A stretch of 64,000 bases of DNA. Source: Flavobacteriales bacterium (lineage in GTDB: Bacteria; Bacteroidota; Bacteroidia; Flavobacteriales; UBA1820). Below the pieces are notes generated by a model, which did not search any database, had not been told where the DNA came from, and saw nothing but the letters and a program-made list of their open reading frames with translations. Positions within the stretch are counted from its first letter, which is position 1, and every line of letters starts with the position of its first letter. Shown one piece after another: positions 9,159 through 19,133 of the stretch. The stretch spans positions 11,632-75,631 of the forward strand of contig JAGAUI010000035.1 in NCBI GenBank assembly GCA_017620815.1, given 5' to 3'. Made by a program: the position numbers and the translations under genes.

Positions 9159-10067
9159 ATGATACCTTTTGTGAGAAATAGGCTCATAACTCTACCCAAA
9201 AGATGGTTGCAGATTATGGGTTTGCTCTCGCTTACACGTGTGTATAACATAGCTCTTATAGCGGCAGTGCAGTGTGTGAGTGTGGTGTTTTTCTTTGGGG
9301 ATAGGATAGGGGATTATGATAATCTGACTGATATTAAATTCTGGGTATTGGTTCTATGTACATGGATATGTGTGGGTGCAGGTTACATAATCAATTATTT
9401 CTATGACAAGGAAAAAGACTGTTTTAATTCCCCCTTTAAGAGCCTGCTTAATGAGTCTATCCCGCAAGCGTTTACATTGCGTATGTACATAGTGATGAAT
9501 ATTGTGGCTGTGATAGTGAGTGTGTATGTTTCTCCGCGTAGTGCATTGTTTTTTTCGGGATATATATTTATGATATGGCTCTATTGTCATAAGATTAAGA
9601 AATACCCTTTGTTATCCAATTTTTTCATAGCTGCACTTGGGATTATACCTCTTTTTGCGGTGATGATATACAAAAGATGTCTTGACGCATATGAGATGCT
9701 CCCTCATGGAATGTTTATCTATATGATATTGCTGCTACTTTCATTGCTGGGAGATATGAAAAATGTCAAGGGCGATGCGGCAGTGGGGGGAAGAACAGTT
9801 CCTACATCATGGGGAGAAAGCCGTGCAAGGATAGTTCTTGTGTGGGGATTTCTGGCCTCGTCTCTAGTGAGTGGGGGAGTGTATATGTGTGAAAGGGGAA
9901 GTTTTTTTGCTTTTTATTATGTGGTGATGTGTGTGTTTTTCATAACGTCTTGTGTGATGGTGTGGCGTAATTGCTCTGCTGAAACATGCCAGATGTTGCA
10001 TCGTGTTCTCAAAGTATTGGTACTTGTAGGGCTGTGTTGTGTGCCTATGAGGAATGTATTTTTTTAA
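9159..10067 (+). CDS. UbiA-family aromatic/glycerol prenyltransferase (membrane)
   Basis: About 8 TM segments. First Asp-rich motif is NYFYDKEKD and the second is GDMKNVKGDAAVG. The start is 3 nt after the GHMP kinase stop. Confidence 0.75.
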   Translation: MIPFVRNRLITLPKRWLQIMGLLSLTRVYNIALIAAVQCVSVVFFFGDRIGDYDNLTDIKFWVLVLCTWICVGAGYIINYFYDKEKDCFNSPFKSLLNESIPQAFTLRMYIVMNIVAVIVSVYVSPRSALFFSGYIFMIWLYCHKIKKYPLLSNFFIAALGIIPLFAVMIYKRCLDAYEMLPHGMFIYMILLLLSLLGDMKNVKGDAAVGGRTVPTSWGESRARIVLVWGFLASSLVSGGVYMCERGSFFAFYYVVMCVFFITSCVMVWRNCSAETCQMLHRVLKVLVLVGLCCVPMRNVFF

Positions 10068-10162
10068 TTTTTTGAAGAAAAGTGTAACCTTTGCCTGTGT
10101 TTTTGCGTATATTATGTAGTATGGGAGAACCATAGGGTAAAAAGTCCCATATTTACTATATA

Positions 10163-11026
10163 ATGAGACAACTTAAAATAACCAAACAGGTTACCAACCG
10201 TGAGACAGCATCGCTGGATAAGTATCTGCAAGAGATAGGTAAAGTAGGCCTTATAAGTGCAGACGAAGAAGTAGAATTGGCACAACGTATCAAGGCAGGA
10301 GACCAGAGAGCTCTGGATAAACTTACCAAAGCCAATTTGCGTTTTGTAGTATCGGTAGCCAAACAGTATCAGAACCAAGGACTCACACTCCCAGACCTTA
10401 TCAACGAAGGAAATCTAGGTCTTATCAAGGCTGCACAGCGTTTTGACGAGACACGTGGTTTCAAGTTTATATCCTATGCCGTATGGTGGATACGCCAGTC
10501 TATACTCCAAGCATTGGCAGAACAGTCGCGTATCGTTCGTCTTCCTCTTAACAAGATAGGCTCTATAAATAAAATCAATAAAAAATATGCCGAACTAGAG
10601 CAAGAACATGAACGTACTCCATCGGCCGAGGAGATAGCTCAGGAACTGGAAATGACCGAAGAGGATGTGAAGGAATCACTTAAAAATGCTGGCCGTCATA
10701 TATCTATGGACGCTCCGCTAGTGGAAGGAGAGGATTCAAACCTTTATGACGTGCTTAAAAGTGGTGAAAGTCCAAACCCAGACCGCGAACTGATGAACGA
10801 ATCGTTGCGTATAGAAATAGAACGTGCACTTCAGACTCTTACACCTCGTGAGGCCGATGTGATACGTCTTTATTTCGGGCTTGGGGGGCAGCATGCTATG
10901 ACTCTAGAGGAGATAGGTGAGACATTTGACCTTACTCGTGAGCGTGTACGTCAGATAAAGGAAAAAGCTATACGCCGTCTTAAACATACATCGCGTAGTA
11001 AAATACTTAAAACATATCTAGGGTAA
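10163..11026 (+). CDS. rpoD: Primary RNA polymerase sigma factor (short Bacteroidota sigma-A type)
   Basis: Sigma-70 regions 2-4 are recognisable: [55 protein letters not shown]. Confidence 0.95.
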   Translation: MRQLKITKQVTNRETASLDKYLQEIGKVGLISADEEVELAQRIKAGDQRALDKLTKANLRFVVSVAKQYQNQGLTLPDLINEGNLGLIKAAQRFDETRGFKFISYAVWWIRQSILQALAEQSRIVRLPLNKIGSINKINKKYAELEQEHERTPSAEEIAQELEMTEEDVKESLKNAGRHISMDAPLVEGEDSNLYDVLKSGESPNPDRELMNESLRIEIERALQTLTPREADVIRLYFGLGGQHAMTLEEIGETFDLTRERVRQIKEKAIRRLKHTSRSKILKTYLG

Positions 11027-11048
11027 AACATTTTACACTATAATACTA

Positions 11049-11077
11049 AGGCAGATGCTTAACATTTGCCTTTTTTT
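11049..11077 (+). terminator. Rho-independent terminator after rpoD
   Basis: Hairpin aggcagatg-cttaa-catttgcct (one G-U pair) followed by a 7-T run. Confidence 0.7.
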
Positions 11078-11102
11078 ATGAAATCTAAAAACAGTTGATA
11101 AG

Positions 11103-11567
11103 ATGAAAGATTACATAATACGCCCATCTATTTCTTCTGATGCTGAAGAGATACTGGAAATGGTAAAATATTTGGCTGTACAACACAATGCTTTGTCTAT
11201 GATAGTCTATACAGCCGATGATTTGAGAAATGTAGGTATAGGAAAAGATGGTGGAGCGGTGGGAGCAATAGTCGCCGAAAAAGAAGGTAAGGTGATAGGA
11301 ATAGCACTTTATTTTTATCGTTTCTCTACATGGAAAGGGCCTACAGTTCATATAGAAGACCTTATAGTGTGCCCAGAAGAGAGAGGATGTGGTATAGGTG
11401 ATGCTCTTATGATGGCTGTGGTGGAAATGGCTCGTAGCAAGGGCTGTGATAGAGTGGAGCTAGATGTGGAGGCCGATAATAAACGAGCAATGGAGTTTTA
11501 TAAAAAGAAAGGTTTTGAGGTGGAAGAGTGGTATGCCGCCAAACTATACCTCAATGGTAAAGAGTAG
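11103..11567 (+). CDS. GNAT-family N-acetyltransferase (diamine/SSAT-like)
   Basis: 154 aa. Acetyl-CoA binding region EERGCGIGDALM and C-terminal NKRAMEFYKKKGF. Confidence 0.7.
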   Translation: MKDYIIRPSISSDAEEILEMVKYLAVQHNALSMIVYTADDLRNVGIGKDGGAVGAIVAEKEGKVIGIALYFYRFSTWKGPTVHIEDLIVCPEERGCGIGDALMMAVVEMARSKGCDRVELDVEADNKRAMEFYKKKGFEVEEWYAAKLYLNGKE

Positions 11568-11584
11568 AACTTGTGAATGTCCAG

Positions 11585-11620
11585 CACAAAAACGCCGCCC
11601 GAAGGGCGGCGTTTTTGTGC
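11585..11620. terminator. Bidirectional terminator (GNAT + / ftsZ -)
   Basis: 16-bp perfect stem gcacaaaaacgccgcc / ggcggcgtttttgtgc (cgaag between the arms) lying between convergent stop codons. Confidence 0.8.
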
Positions 11621-11633
11621 GTTGACAAGTTCC

Positions 11634-13052
11634 TTATTTAAGAACATATGTATTGGTACGACCTTCTAGAGGAGGATTGATGGTTATGCTAAGTCCCATG
11701 CGGACGTATGCAGCCTCACTCATACGACTAGATGATAGTAATTCGTTTTTCTTTTGTGTGATATTCATCTGTGTTATGGGACGACTGAATACTTCTTTTA
11801 TGGTTGCCCCTAGAGGAGAGAGAGTTTTCTGTTCTGTATATGCCTTGAGAGAACTCTGTCCTTGTGGGGTTATATATCCCGATGTATATGTACTGCCAGT
11901 ATCACAAGATAGAGAGTATATGGTGTATTCTATGTCGTTTCTCCTCTCGCGGCGGAATGGACGTCCAGTGATAGGTTCTGGTGTGAGACCATTTATAGGT
12001 AGGTCTATTGGTAGGATTTTTGACTGGGAGAAAGGGCTGGTGTTATCGTTTTTCTTCTCTATTTTGCCTTCGGGGAAGCCTGCAGCTATAAAGACAACTT
12101 CTATCTGGTCATCTTCCAGTTCTGGGTCATAGCCATAACCCCATTTTATACATTGGGGTTTTGGCCCTACTTTTTCTCGCATTCCCGTTGTGAGCTCTTT
12201 TATCACTTTGCTAGGGAAACCGTTACGACCATATTTAACTACAAATATGAAGCCTGAGGAATCATATACGTTGATGTCTGATATAAATGGAGAAGAAAAT
12301 ACCTCCTGTATAGCTTCTTTGGCTTTATCCTCTCCGCTGCCTCGACCTTTGCCAAGCATAGCGGTACGGCTACCTTTGAGTAGGGTCTCCATATCGTTCA
12401 TATCGACATTTACGGTAAGAGCGCGTGTTACTATGTCTGCCACAGAACTAGCTACATCGTTAAGGACTTGGTTTACCATAGCAAAACATTTGTCAAAATT
12501 CACGTTTTCGTATGCGTCAAAAATCTTGTCGTTGTCTATCACTATGAGAGAATCCACAGATTCTTTCATTTCGGCAAGACCTTTTGCAGCTACTTCATCA
12601 CGCCCCTCAAATGAAAACGGTGTGGTAACTATACCTAGTGTGAGTTTGCCAGCCTCCATAGCTGTTCTAGCTACGACAGGGGCAGCACCAGTACCAGTAC
12701 CACCACCCATACCAGCGGTAACAAATACCATTTCGGTGCGGTCGGGGAAAAGAGCGCGTATATCTTCTATACTCTCATTGGCAGCATCTAGACCTATCTG
12801 TGGTTTTGAACCAGCTCCCTTACCGCGGGTAGTCATAGGTCCTAGTTGCAATTTCTGTAATATAGGCGAATTGCCTAGTGCTTGGCTATCGGTGTTGCAT
12901 ATTGCAAAATCAACACATTTGACCTCCATGGTGTGCATGTGGTTTACAGTGTTGCCACCACCACCTCCTACTCCTACTACTTTGATTTGGTTGAGAGTAG
13001 AAGGGTCGCTCTGGGCAAATTTAATCTTGTTTTTGTTTCCAAATATAGCCAT
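11634..13052 (-). CDS. ftsZ: Cell division GTPase FtsZ
   Basis: Tubulin signature AGMGGGTGTGAAP and GVGGGGGNTVNHM, followed by a long linker and a C-terminal peptide. Confidence 0.97.
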   Translation of the reverse strand: MAIFGNKNKIKFAQSDPSTLNQIKVVGVGGGGGNTVNHMHTMEVKCVDFAICNTDSQALGNSPILQKLQLGPMTTRGKGAGSKPQIGLDAANESIEDIRALFPDRTEMVFVTAGMGGGTGTGAAPVVARTAMEAGKLTLGIVTTPFSFEGRDEVAAKGLAEMKESVDSLIVIDNDKIFDAYENVNFDKCFAMVNQVLNDVASSVADIVTRALTVNVDMNDMETLLKGSRTAMLGKGRGSGEDKAKEAIQEVFSSPFISDINVYDSSGFIFVVKYGRNGFPSKVIKELTTGMREKVGPKPQCIKWGYGYDPELEDDQIEVVFIAAGFPEGKIEKKNDNTSPFSQSKILPIDLPINGLTPEPITGRPFRRERRNDIEYTIYSLSCDTGSTYTSGYITPQGQSSLKAYTEQKTLSPLGATIKEVFSRPITQMNITQKKNELLSSSRMSEAAYVRMGLSITINPPLEGRTNTYVLK

Positions 13053-13064
13053 ATCTACCTCCTT

Positions 13065-14552
13065 TTAATCTCCCAATTTCTGTAAAAAGTCAAGTATAGC
13101 CTTGTTGGTACGAGTGGTAACGTCTTCTATCTTACGACCAGTCTTTTCCTTTAATGTCTTTATAAATGAAGGACGAGTAGAGGCGGGTTTTGTAGTCTCT
13201 TTAATGATGGACGAAGACTCTGTGGCAGAAGGCGATGATGGTGTGTCATTTTCTTCCTCTTCTGGCTCTATGTATTGGTCTTCATCTTCATCTATAGTGT
13301 TATCTTCTTCTTCTTCGTAATATGGTATGTTTATAGAAGTGGCGGGAGAGGTTTTTTCTTCCTCTTCTTCCGCGTGTGGGACTTCTACATATTTCCCAGC
13401 AGGAGATGAAAGGAGTAGTCCTATACATGTGGAATATGTAGGAGAGTCTATATCAAATCCTTCGTGGCCATCTACATAGACGTTTGGTAGTCCTATACGA
13501 CAGTTCATGCCAGTCTTGTAGTGGGTGAATGGTTGCAGGTGTTTAAGTAATGCTCCACCACCTGTGAGGACTATCCCTCCTATGAGTTGACGTCCCGGTT
13601 CTATCTGACGATAAGTGGCAATTTCTGCATTTATGCTATCCAGTATCTCGTCCATGCGGGCATATATTACTTTGGAGAGGTCTTTAAGAGATATTTCTTG
13701 TGAAGGATAGCCTTGTATAACGGGGATAGATACTACGTCTGTATCGCTGTTCTCTCCCGGCCAAGTAGAACCGTATTCTTTTTTAAGGAGTTCGGCGTTG
13801 CGTTTAAGGATAGAACAAGCGGCGATAATGTCTTCGGTGATGATATTGCCACCCATAGGAAGTACAGACGAATGTCGTACCAGAAAATCTCTCATTATCA
13901 CAAGGTCGGTAGTGCCACCACCTATGTCCACCATTACTACTCCAGCTTCTTTTTCGTCGGCACTGAGTACTGCATCGGCCGAAGCCATAGGTTGAAGGCA
14001 TACACCAGCTAGTTTAAGTCCTGCTCCCTCTACACAGCGTTTGATGTTCTGTAGTGGGGCTATCTGCCCTATGACGATGTGAAATGTAGCTTCCAGACGG
14101 CGACCAGCCATGCCTATTGGTTCAAGGATGCCACCTTGAGAGTCTATGCGGTATTCTTGAGGGAGAATGTGCAGTATGGTTTCGTTTTCAGATATAGGAA
14201 GTGAAGCGGCTTTGGCAGAAAGAGCATCCAAGTCTTCCTGACTTATAACATCATTTACATCTGAACGAGTGATATATTCTGTCTGGCGTGTAGAGCGTAT
14301 GTATTGACCAGCTATGCCTACGGTTACTTGGTTGATTTTATAACCAGAGCTTTGTTCGGCCATGGTAACGGCGGCACGTATGGCATCGGTGGTTTTGGTA
14401 ATGTTCTGTATGGCTCCTTTATCTACACCAGTAGATGGGCTCTGTCCCAGTCCTATTATGTGAACTGTACCATCGCTGTGTTTTTCGCCTACTATCACGA
14501 CTACTTTGGTCGTGCCAATGTCTAGTCCTACGGTTATCATATTGTTTTTCAT
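13065..14552 (-). CDS. ftsA: Cell division protein FtsA with a long acidic C-terminal linker
   Basis: Actin-fold motifs VGLDIGTTKVVVIVGE and VDIGGGTTDLVI. About 90 aa of E/D-rich tail precede a terminal amphipathic helix. Confidence 0.95.
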   Translation of the reverse strand: MKNNMITVGLDIGTTKVVVIVGEKHSDGTVHIIGLGQSPSTGVDKGAIQNITKTTDAIRAAVTMAEQSSGYKINQVTVGIAGQYIRSTRQTEYITRSDVNDVISQEDLDALSAKAASLPISENETILHILPQEYRIDSQGGILEPIGMAGRRLEATFHIVIGQIAPLQNIKRCVEGAGLKLAGVCLQPMASADAVLSADEKEAGVVMVDIGGGTTDLVIMRDFLVRHSSVLPMGGNIITEDIIAACSILKRNAELLKKEYGSTWPGENSDTDVVSIPVIQGYPSQEISLKDLSKVIYARMDEILDSINAEIATYRQIEPGRQLIGGIVLTGGGALLKHLQPFTHYKTGMNCRIGLPNVYVDGHEGFDIDSPTYSTCIGLLLSSPAGKYVEVPHAEEEEEKTSPATSINIPYYEEEEDNTIDEDEDQYIEPEEEENDTPSSPSATESSSIIKETTKPASTRPSFIKTLKEKTGRKIEDVTTRTNKAILDFLQKLGD

Positions 14553-14560
14553 CGTGTATG

Positions 14561-15301
14561 CTATTTTTTTCTCTGAAGTACTAGGTAATCTACAAACTCC
14601 AAATTTACAATTTTATATTCTTTTAATCTGTCTTCTTTTATCAAATATGTGTATAGAGCCTTGAAATTCTCTATTTTTTCATCTATGTATGAACCATCAC
14701 CCAGTATGACCTTAATGTCTTGTAAGCGTGTAGATGCTGTAAGGGTGTATCCATGGCCATTACCTTTGTTATATCTGGATATGTCTATGCCCATAAATAT
14801 GTCTTGGAAGAATGGGTCTTTTGTAATAGCATCTATCACACTTACCACGTCTATGTGTGAAAGAGAGTCTATCTCTCCGCTTACCAGTGGTATGTCTATT
14901 CCTTGTCCATAGAGGAGTGGCATATGGCTGCCATCACGACTTACATAATAGTCTGTATTTTTCCCTATCACGCGGTATAGAGGAGTGTGTTCTTTTATCT
15001 TTACCAGTATCTCTCCCGAAGGTTCTGCATAGACCAATGCTTGCTCTATGTAAGGGTTATGAGCTATGTCTTTTTCTATTTCTAGTAGTCTGTGTGATAG
15101 AGAATCGTTGTGGGTGGAGTCGGTAGATTTTTCTACCATCTTCTTGATACTATCTCCATCTACCAGATTATATGGACTATGAGAGATAAATTCCACTCTC
15201 ACCTGATGTTTTGGAGAGGGGTTCACCTCCAAAAACACACATAACGCTATAAAGGCTATGAGTGTAATGGTAAAGATGAGGTATTTTATCTTGGTGTTCA
15301 T
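14561..15301 (-). CDS. ftsQ: Cell division protein FtsQ
   Basis: Single N-terminal TM segment followed by a POTRA-like region. The position between murG and ftsA fits FtsQ. Confidence 0.8.
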   Translation of the reverse strand: MNTKIKYLIFTITLIAFIALCVFLEVNPSPKHQVRVEFISHSPYNLVDGDSIKKMVEKSTDSTHNDSLSHRLLEIEKDIAHNPYIEQALVYAEPSGEILVKIKEHTPLYRVIGKNTDYYVSRDGSHMPLLYGQGIDIPLVSGEIDSLSHIDVVSVIDAITKDPFFQDIFMGIDISRYNKGNGHGYTLTASTRLQDIKVILGDGSYIDEKIENFKALYTYLIKEDRLKEYKIVNLEFVDYLVLQRKK

Positions 15302-15313
15302 GGTTTCTCGTTA

Positions 15314-16444
15314 TTATCTATTGAGTATGAGTTCTATTTGGTCGGCGATATGGCTTGTCGCTTCTCTGCGTGCCATGCGGTGTAGTGCAAGAGACATCTG
15401 TTGAGCAGTGGAAGGCGAAGAAAGGATATCGTTTATGTCTTTCATTATACGGCTGCCCAGATTCTCCCCTTCTTCTTCTATATAGGCTGCTCCTCTTTTA
15501 ACTAGAGCCATAGCGTTGTGCCACTGATGGTTTTCGGCTACATTGGGAGAAGGTATGAGTATGCAAGGCTTACCTATGACGCATAGTTCTGAAACAGTAC
15601 TGGCACCAGAGCGTGATATTATGACGTTGGCAGAACTATAAAGGTCGTTCATGTTTTCTACAAAAGCACATAGATGTATGTACTGTCTATATTCTGAATG
15701 TGAGGCATATAGTTCTTCCAGAGAGTCTTTATACTGCTGGAAGTATAGTTTGCCACATTGCCATATCACTTGATATCCAGAATCTACTATTTCTCTTATG
15801 ATAGAGAATACTGCTTTGTTCACTTCGCGAGCACCTAGTGAACCTCCCAATACCGCTATAGTTTTTCTTTCTGCTCCCAAATCAAATGTCTTAAGAGCTG
15901 TGGCTCTTTCTGGTAGAGGGGAAAGAATAGAAGCTCGTATGGGGTTGCCTGTGAAGACTATTCGCGAGGCGGGGAATACTTTTTCCAGACCTTCGTATGC
16001 GACACATATTTTGGCAGCACGGCGGGATAGGATTTTATTGGTAAGTCCTGCAAAACCGTTCTGTTCCTGTATAAGAGTAGGGATACCCATCATAGAGGCT
16101 GCAAAAAGTACAGGTGCACTGGCATATCCACCTGTGCCTACCACTATGTGTGGACGTACTCTGCGAATGATTTTATATGCCTTGTAAAGCGAACGTATCA
16201 CCTTGAAAGGAAGGAGCAGATTGGATAGAGAGAGTGAACGTTGCATACCAGCTATGGGAAGACCTTCTATCTGGTATCCACACTGTGGTACACGAGTCAT
16301 CTCCATACGTCCTTCTGCTCCCACAAATAGTATCTGACTATCGGGATAACGACGACGCATCTCGTCTGCTATGGATATGGCTGGAAAGATATGTCCTCCT
16401 GTGCCACCTCCGCTCATGATGATACGATATGCTTCTTTTTGCAT
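15314..16444 (-). CDS. murG: UDP-GlcNAc:lipid I GlcNAc transferase MurG
   Basis: GGTGGHIFPAISIA N-terminal motif, GT28 architecture, 376 aa. Confidence 0.93.
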   Translation of the reverse strand: MQKEAYRIIMSGGGTGGHIFPAISIADEMRRRYPDSQILFVGAEGRMEMTRVPQCGYQIEGLPIAGMQRSLSLSNLLLPFKVIRSLYKAYKIIRRVRPHIVVGTGGYASAPVLFAASMMGIPTLIQEQNGFAGLTNKILSRRAAKICVAYEGLEKVFPASRIVFTGNPIRASILSPLPERATALKTFDLGAERKTIAVLGGSLGAREVNKAVFSIIREIVDSGYQVIWQCGKLYFQQYKDSLEELYASHSEYRQYIHLCAFVENMNDLYSSANVIISRSGASTVSELCVIGKPCILIPSPNVAENHQWHNAMALVKRGAAYIEEEGENLGSRIMKDINDILSSPSTAQQMSLALHRMARREATSHIADQIELILNR

Positions 16445-16453
16445 GGTGTAGTG

Positions 16454-17833
16454 TTATTTCTGGTTCTGTATCTCTTTAAGTGTGTCTATGGCATATTCTT
16501 CATCATTTGTAAAATCGTCATCTTCTTCTGCATATGGGTGTGTAGAATCGTCATAGTCTTCATCTATGGTGTTATCACTATCATTAAGGCGGGCTTGCTC
16601 TTCTTTCTCTCGTGCTGTTATATCCATGCGATGGGCTATAATCTTCTGCATGATTGCTATACTGAAGCAAGACATCATCACCGATGTTCCTCCCGAACTT
16701 ATAAATGGTAGATTCTGCCCTGTAACAGGTATGATTCCTATCACGACACTCATGTGTATAATGGCTTGGAGCATCATGATACATAGAAGTCCACTTAATG
16801 CTAGCATAGAGAACATGTCTTTGCTACGGGTTATCTGCAATACCATTCTTATAAGGATGAGTATGAACATAGCTATGATGGTAAGTCCTCCTGCTATACC
16901 ATATTCTTCTACCAGTATGGCATATATAAAGTCGCTATCGGCTTGGGAGAGGAAGTATTTTTGAGTGCTTTTACCTGGGCCAGCAGGGGATAACACTCCC
17001 AATGCAACAGCCTTTTTTGAAGCCTCTCCTTGTATTTTCTTGTCTTCTTCTTCTTTCCATTTGCGTTTCTGCTCTTCGCTCATGGAGCTATACGGTATTT
17101 TGTTCAGGGTGTCTTTATCATCATCTTCTAGGAAGGTGTCTATACGCGACACCCAAGTGGTGACACGTGTCCCTTCAAACGTAGATGGAGATACCTTATA
17201 TGCTCCCCATATACTCATCACAAATGCTGCTAGTATAAGGATAGATATACAGGTCTGTCGCCAGTTAAACCCTCCCAAAAATAGCAGTACGTAATACGTA
17301 GCTATAAATATGATACCTGTGGAAAGGTTGTGAACTACTATAAGGAAAAACATACTACCCATAGGGAGCCATAGTCTTATAAGCCATTTTTCCCATTGAG
17401 TGCGGGATAGTTTGTCCATGTAGTATTTTTCTAGGTATACGGCAGTGTACATAACCATGGATATGAGAGCCAATCCCGAAGGTTGGAAACTGAAGCCTAA
17501 AATCTTTACCCATCTACCAGCATCCTGACCACTTATCTTGGTACCAGATGTAAATGCCCATATGAGTAGAGGTATGGCTATCGCTATTGACCAACGTGCA
17601 GCCGAACGATAATAATCATAAGGTATGAGAAATGCTATGTACATCACAGCTACTGTTATGAGTATATCTCTCATATAACTCATAATTACGCTCATTACAT
17701 TTACTTCCTTTATAGTGCCAGTGCTTATAACCCCTAGCAGAGAAAATATAAGCAGTATGACCATGGCAGCCCATATCACTTTATCTCCGCGTGATAATAT
17801 ATTCCAGTTTATGTTCTTAAATGTGTTTTTCAT
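16454..17833 (-). CDS. ftsW: SEDS-family peptidoglycan polymerase FtsW with an acidic C-terminal tail
   Basis: 10-TM SEDS topology with conserved SDFIY...EEYG and PFISSGGTS motifs. Confidence 0.9.
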   Translation of the reverse strand: MKNTFKNINWNILSRGDKVIWAAMVILLIFSLLGVISTGTIKEVNVMSVIMSYMRDILITVAVMYIAFLIPYDYYRSAARWSIAIAIPLLIWAFTSGTKISGQDAGRWVKILGFSFQPSGLALISMVMYTAVYLEKYYMDKLSRTQWEKWLIRLWLPMGSMFFLIVVHNLSTGIIFIATYYVLLFLGGFNWRQTCISILILAAFVMSIWGAYKVSPSTFEGTRVTTWVSRIDTFLEDDDKDTLNKIPYSSMSEEQKRKWKEEEDKKIQGEASKKAVALGVLSPAGPGKSTQKYFLSQADSDFIYAILVEEYGIAGGLTIIAMFILILIRMVLQITRSKDMFSMLALSGLLCIMMLQAIIHMSVVIGIIPVTGQNLPFISSGGTSVMMSCFSIAIMQKIIAHRMDITAREKEEQARLNDSDNTIDEDYDDSTHPYAEEDDDFTNDEEYAIDTLKEIQNQK

Positions 17834-17847
17834 CTCTCTTATAGTTT

Positions 17848-19119
17848 TTAGCGTATCTTAAGTGTGATGATGCTTAGTATAGCCAGTATAATGGCCACTA
17901 TCCAGAAACGTGCTACTATCTTACTCTCGTGTATTCCTTTTTTCTGGTAGTGATGATGCAGAGGAGACATGAGGAATATGCGGCGACCTTCGCCATATTT
18001 CTTTTTGGTGTATTTGAAATAGGATACCTGAATCATAACACTCAGTGTCTCTATAAAGAATATACCCGAAAGCAGAGGAAGTAGGAATTCTTTGCGTATG
18101 CATATAGCCGTTACCGCTATCACTCCTCCTAGCATAAGACTTCCTGTATCTCCCATAAATACCTGTGCGGGATATGTGTTATACCATAGGAAACCTACAA
18201 GTCCACCTATAAATGCAGCTATAAATATCATTACTTCGCCCACATGGGGTATGTACATTATGTCTAGATAGTCTGAAAATATAATGTTACCCGATACCCA
18301 AGCAAATATACCTAGTGCAAATGCCTGTATAGCTCCCGTTCCTGCTGCAAGGCCATCTATGCCGTCTGTGAGATTGGCTCCGTTTGAAACGGCGGTGATG
18401 ATGAAAATGACTATTGGAATGAATATAATCCACGCCCAATGATGGTAATTACCTCCCATCCACGATAGTAACCATGAGTAATCAAATGTGTTGTCCTTTA
18501 CAAATGGAATGGTCGTTTTAAGCGAATGTGTTTCGGCCTCTAGAAATTTGCTGGCAGCCATATCCAGTGCTTGACTGGTGGAGATGGTGTCTCCTTGGAC
18601 AGATATCATGTTTATACTTGCGGTAGATGGTGATGCTTTTTCACGAATGGTAACATCTGGGTTGAAAAATAATACAGCTCCCACTAGAAGACCTATACCC
18701 ACTTGTCCTACTATCTTGAAGCGAGGTTTTAGACCGTCTTTGTTCTTGCGGAATACCTTGATGTAGTCATCTAGAAAACCTATCGCACCTAGCCATATCA
18801 TAGTAACCGTAAGCAAGATGACATATATATTGTCCAGTCTGGCAAATAGTAACACAGGAATAAACGTGGATACTATAATGATTATACCTCCCATAGTAGG
18901 TGTGCCAGCCTTTTCATTCTGCCCTTCTAGTCCCAAATCGCGTATGGTCTCTCCTATCTGTGCACGGCGTAGATAGTTTATGATACGCTTACCAAATATC
19001 ATTCCTATGAGCAGTGAAACTATAAATGCTGCTCCTGCACGAAATGATATATATTGGAACATTCCAGCTCCAGGAAAATCGTATGCTTGTTCTAGATATG
19101 AAAACAGGTGGTATAACAT
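17848..19119 (-). CDS. mraY: Phospho-N-acetylmuramoyl-pentapeptide transferase MraY
   Basis: [17 protein letters not shown] and PLHHH motifs. Confidence 0.96.
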   Translation of the reverse strand: MLYHLFSYLEQAYDFPGAGMFQYISFRAGAAFIVSLLIGMIFGKRIINYLRRAQIGETIRDLGLEGQNEKAGTPTMGGIIIIVSTFIPVLLFARLDNIYVILLTVTMIWLGAIGFLDDYIKVFRKNKDGLKPRFKIVGQVGIGLLVGAVLFFNPDVTIREKASPSTASINMISVQGDTISTSQALDMAASKFLEAETHSLKTTIPFVKDNTFDYSWLLSWMGGNYHHWAWIIFIPIVIFIITAVSNGANLTDGIDGLAAGTGAIQAFALGIFAWVSGNIIFSDYLDIMYIPHVGEVMIFIAAFIGGLVGFLWYNTYPAQVFMGDTGSLMLGGVIAVTAICIRKEFLLPLLSGIFFIETLSVMIQVSYFKYTKKKYGEGRRIFLMSPLHHHYQKKGIHESKIVARFWIVAIILAILSIITLKIR

Positions 19120-19133
19120 AATGCTATGGGTAA

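Noticed and set aside
10068-10162. I looked for a promoter box upstream of rpoD (taacctttg at about 10085-10093).
   Set aside because: The spacing is TA-n3-TTTG rather than TAnnTTTG, so it is not an exact match and I did not annotate it.
12190-13068. A 292-aa plus-strand ORF, and a 159-aa ORF at 11653-12132, lie opposite ftsZ.
   Set aside because: Both are fully antisense to a strongly conserved gene. Their S/P/L/T-rich low-information composition is typical of shadow ORFs, and neither has a promoter.
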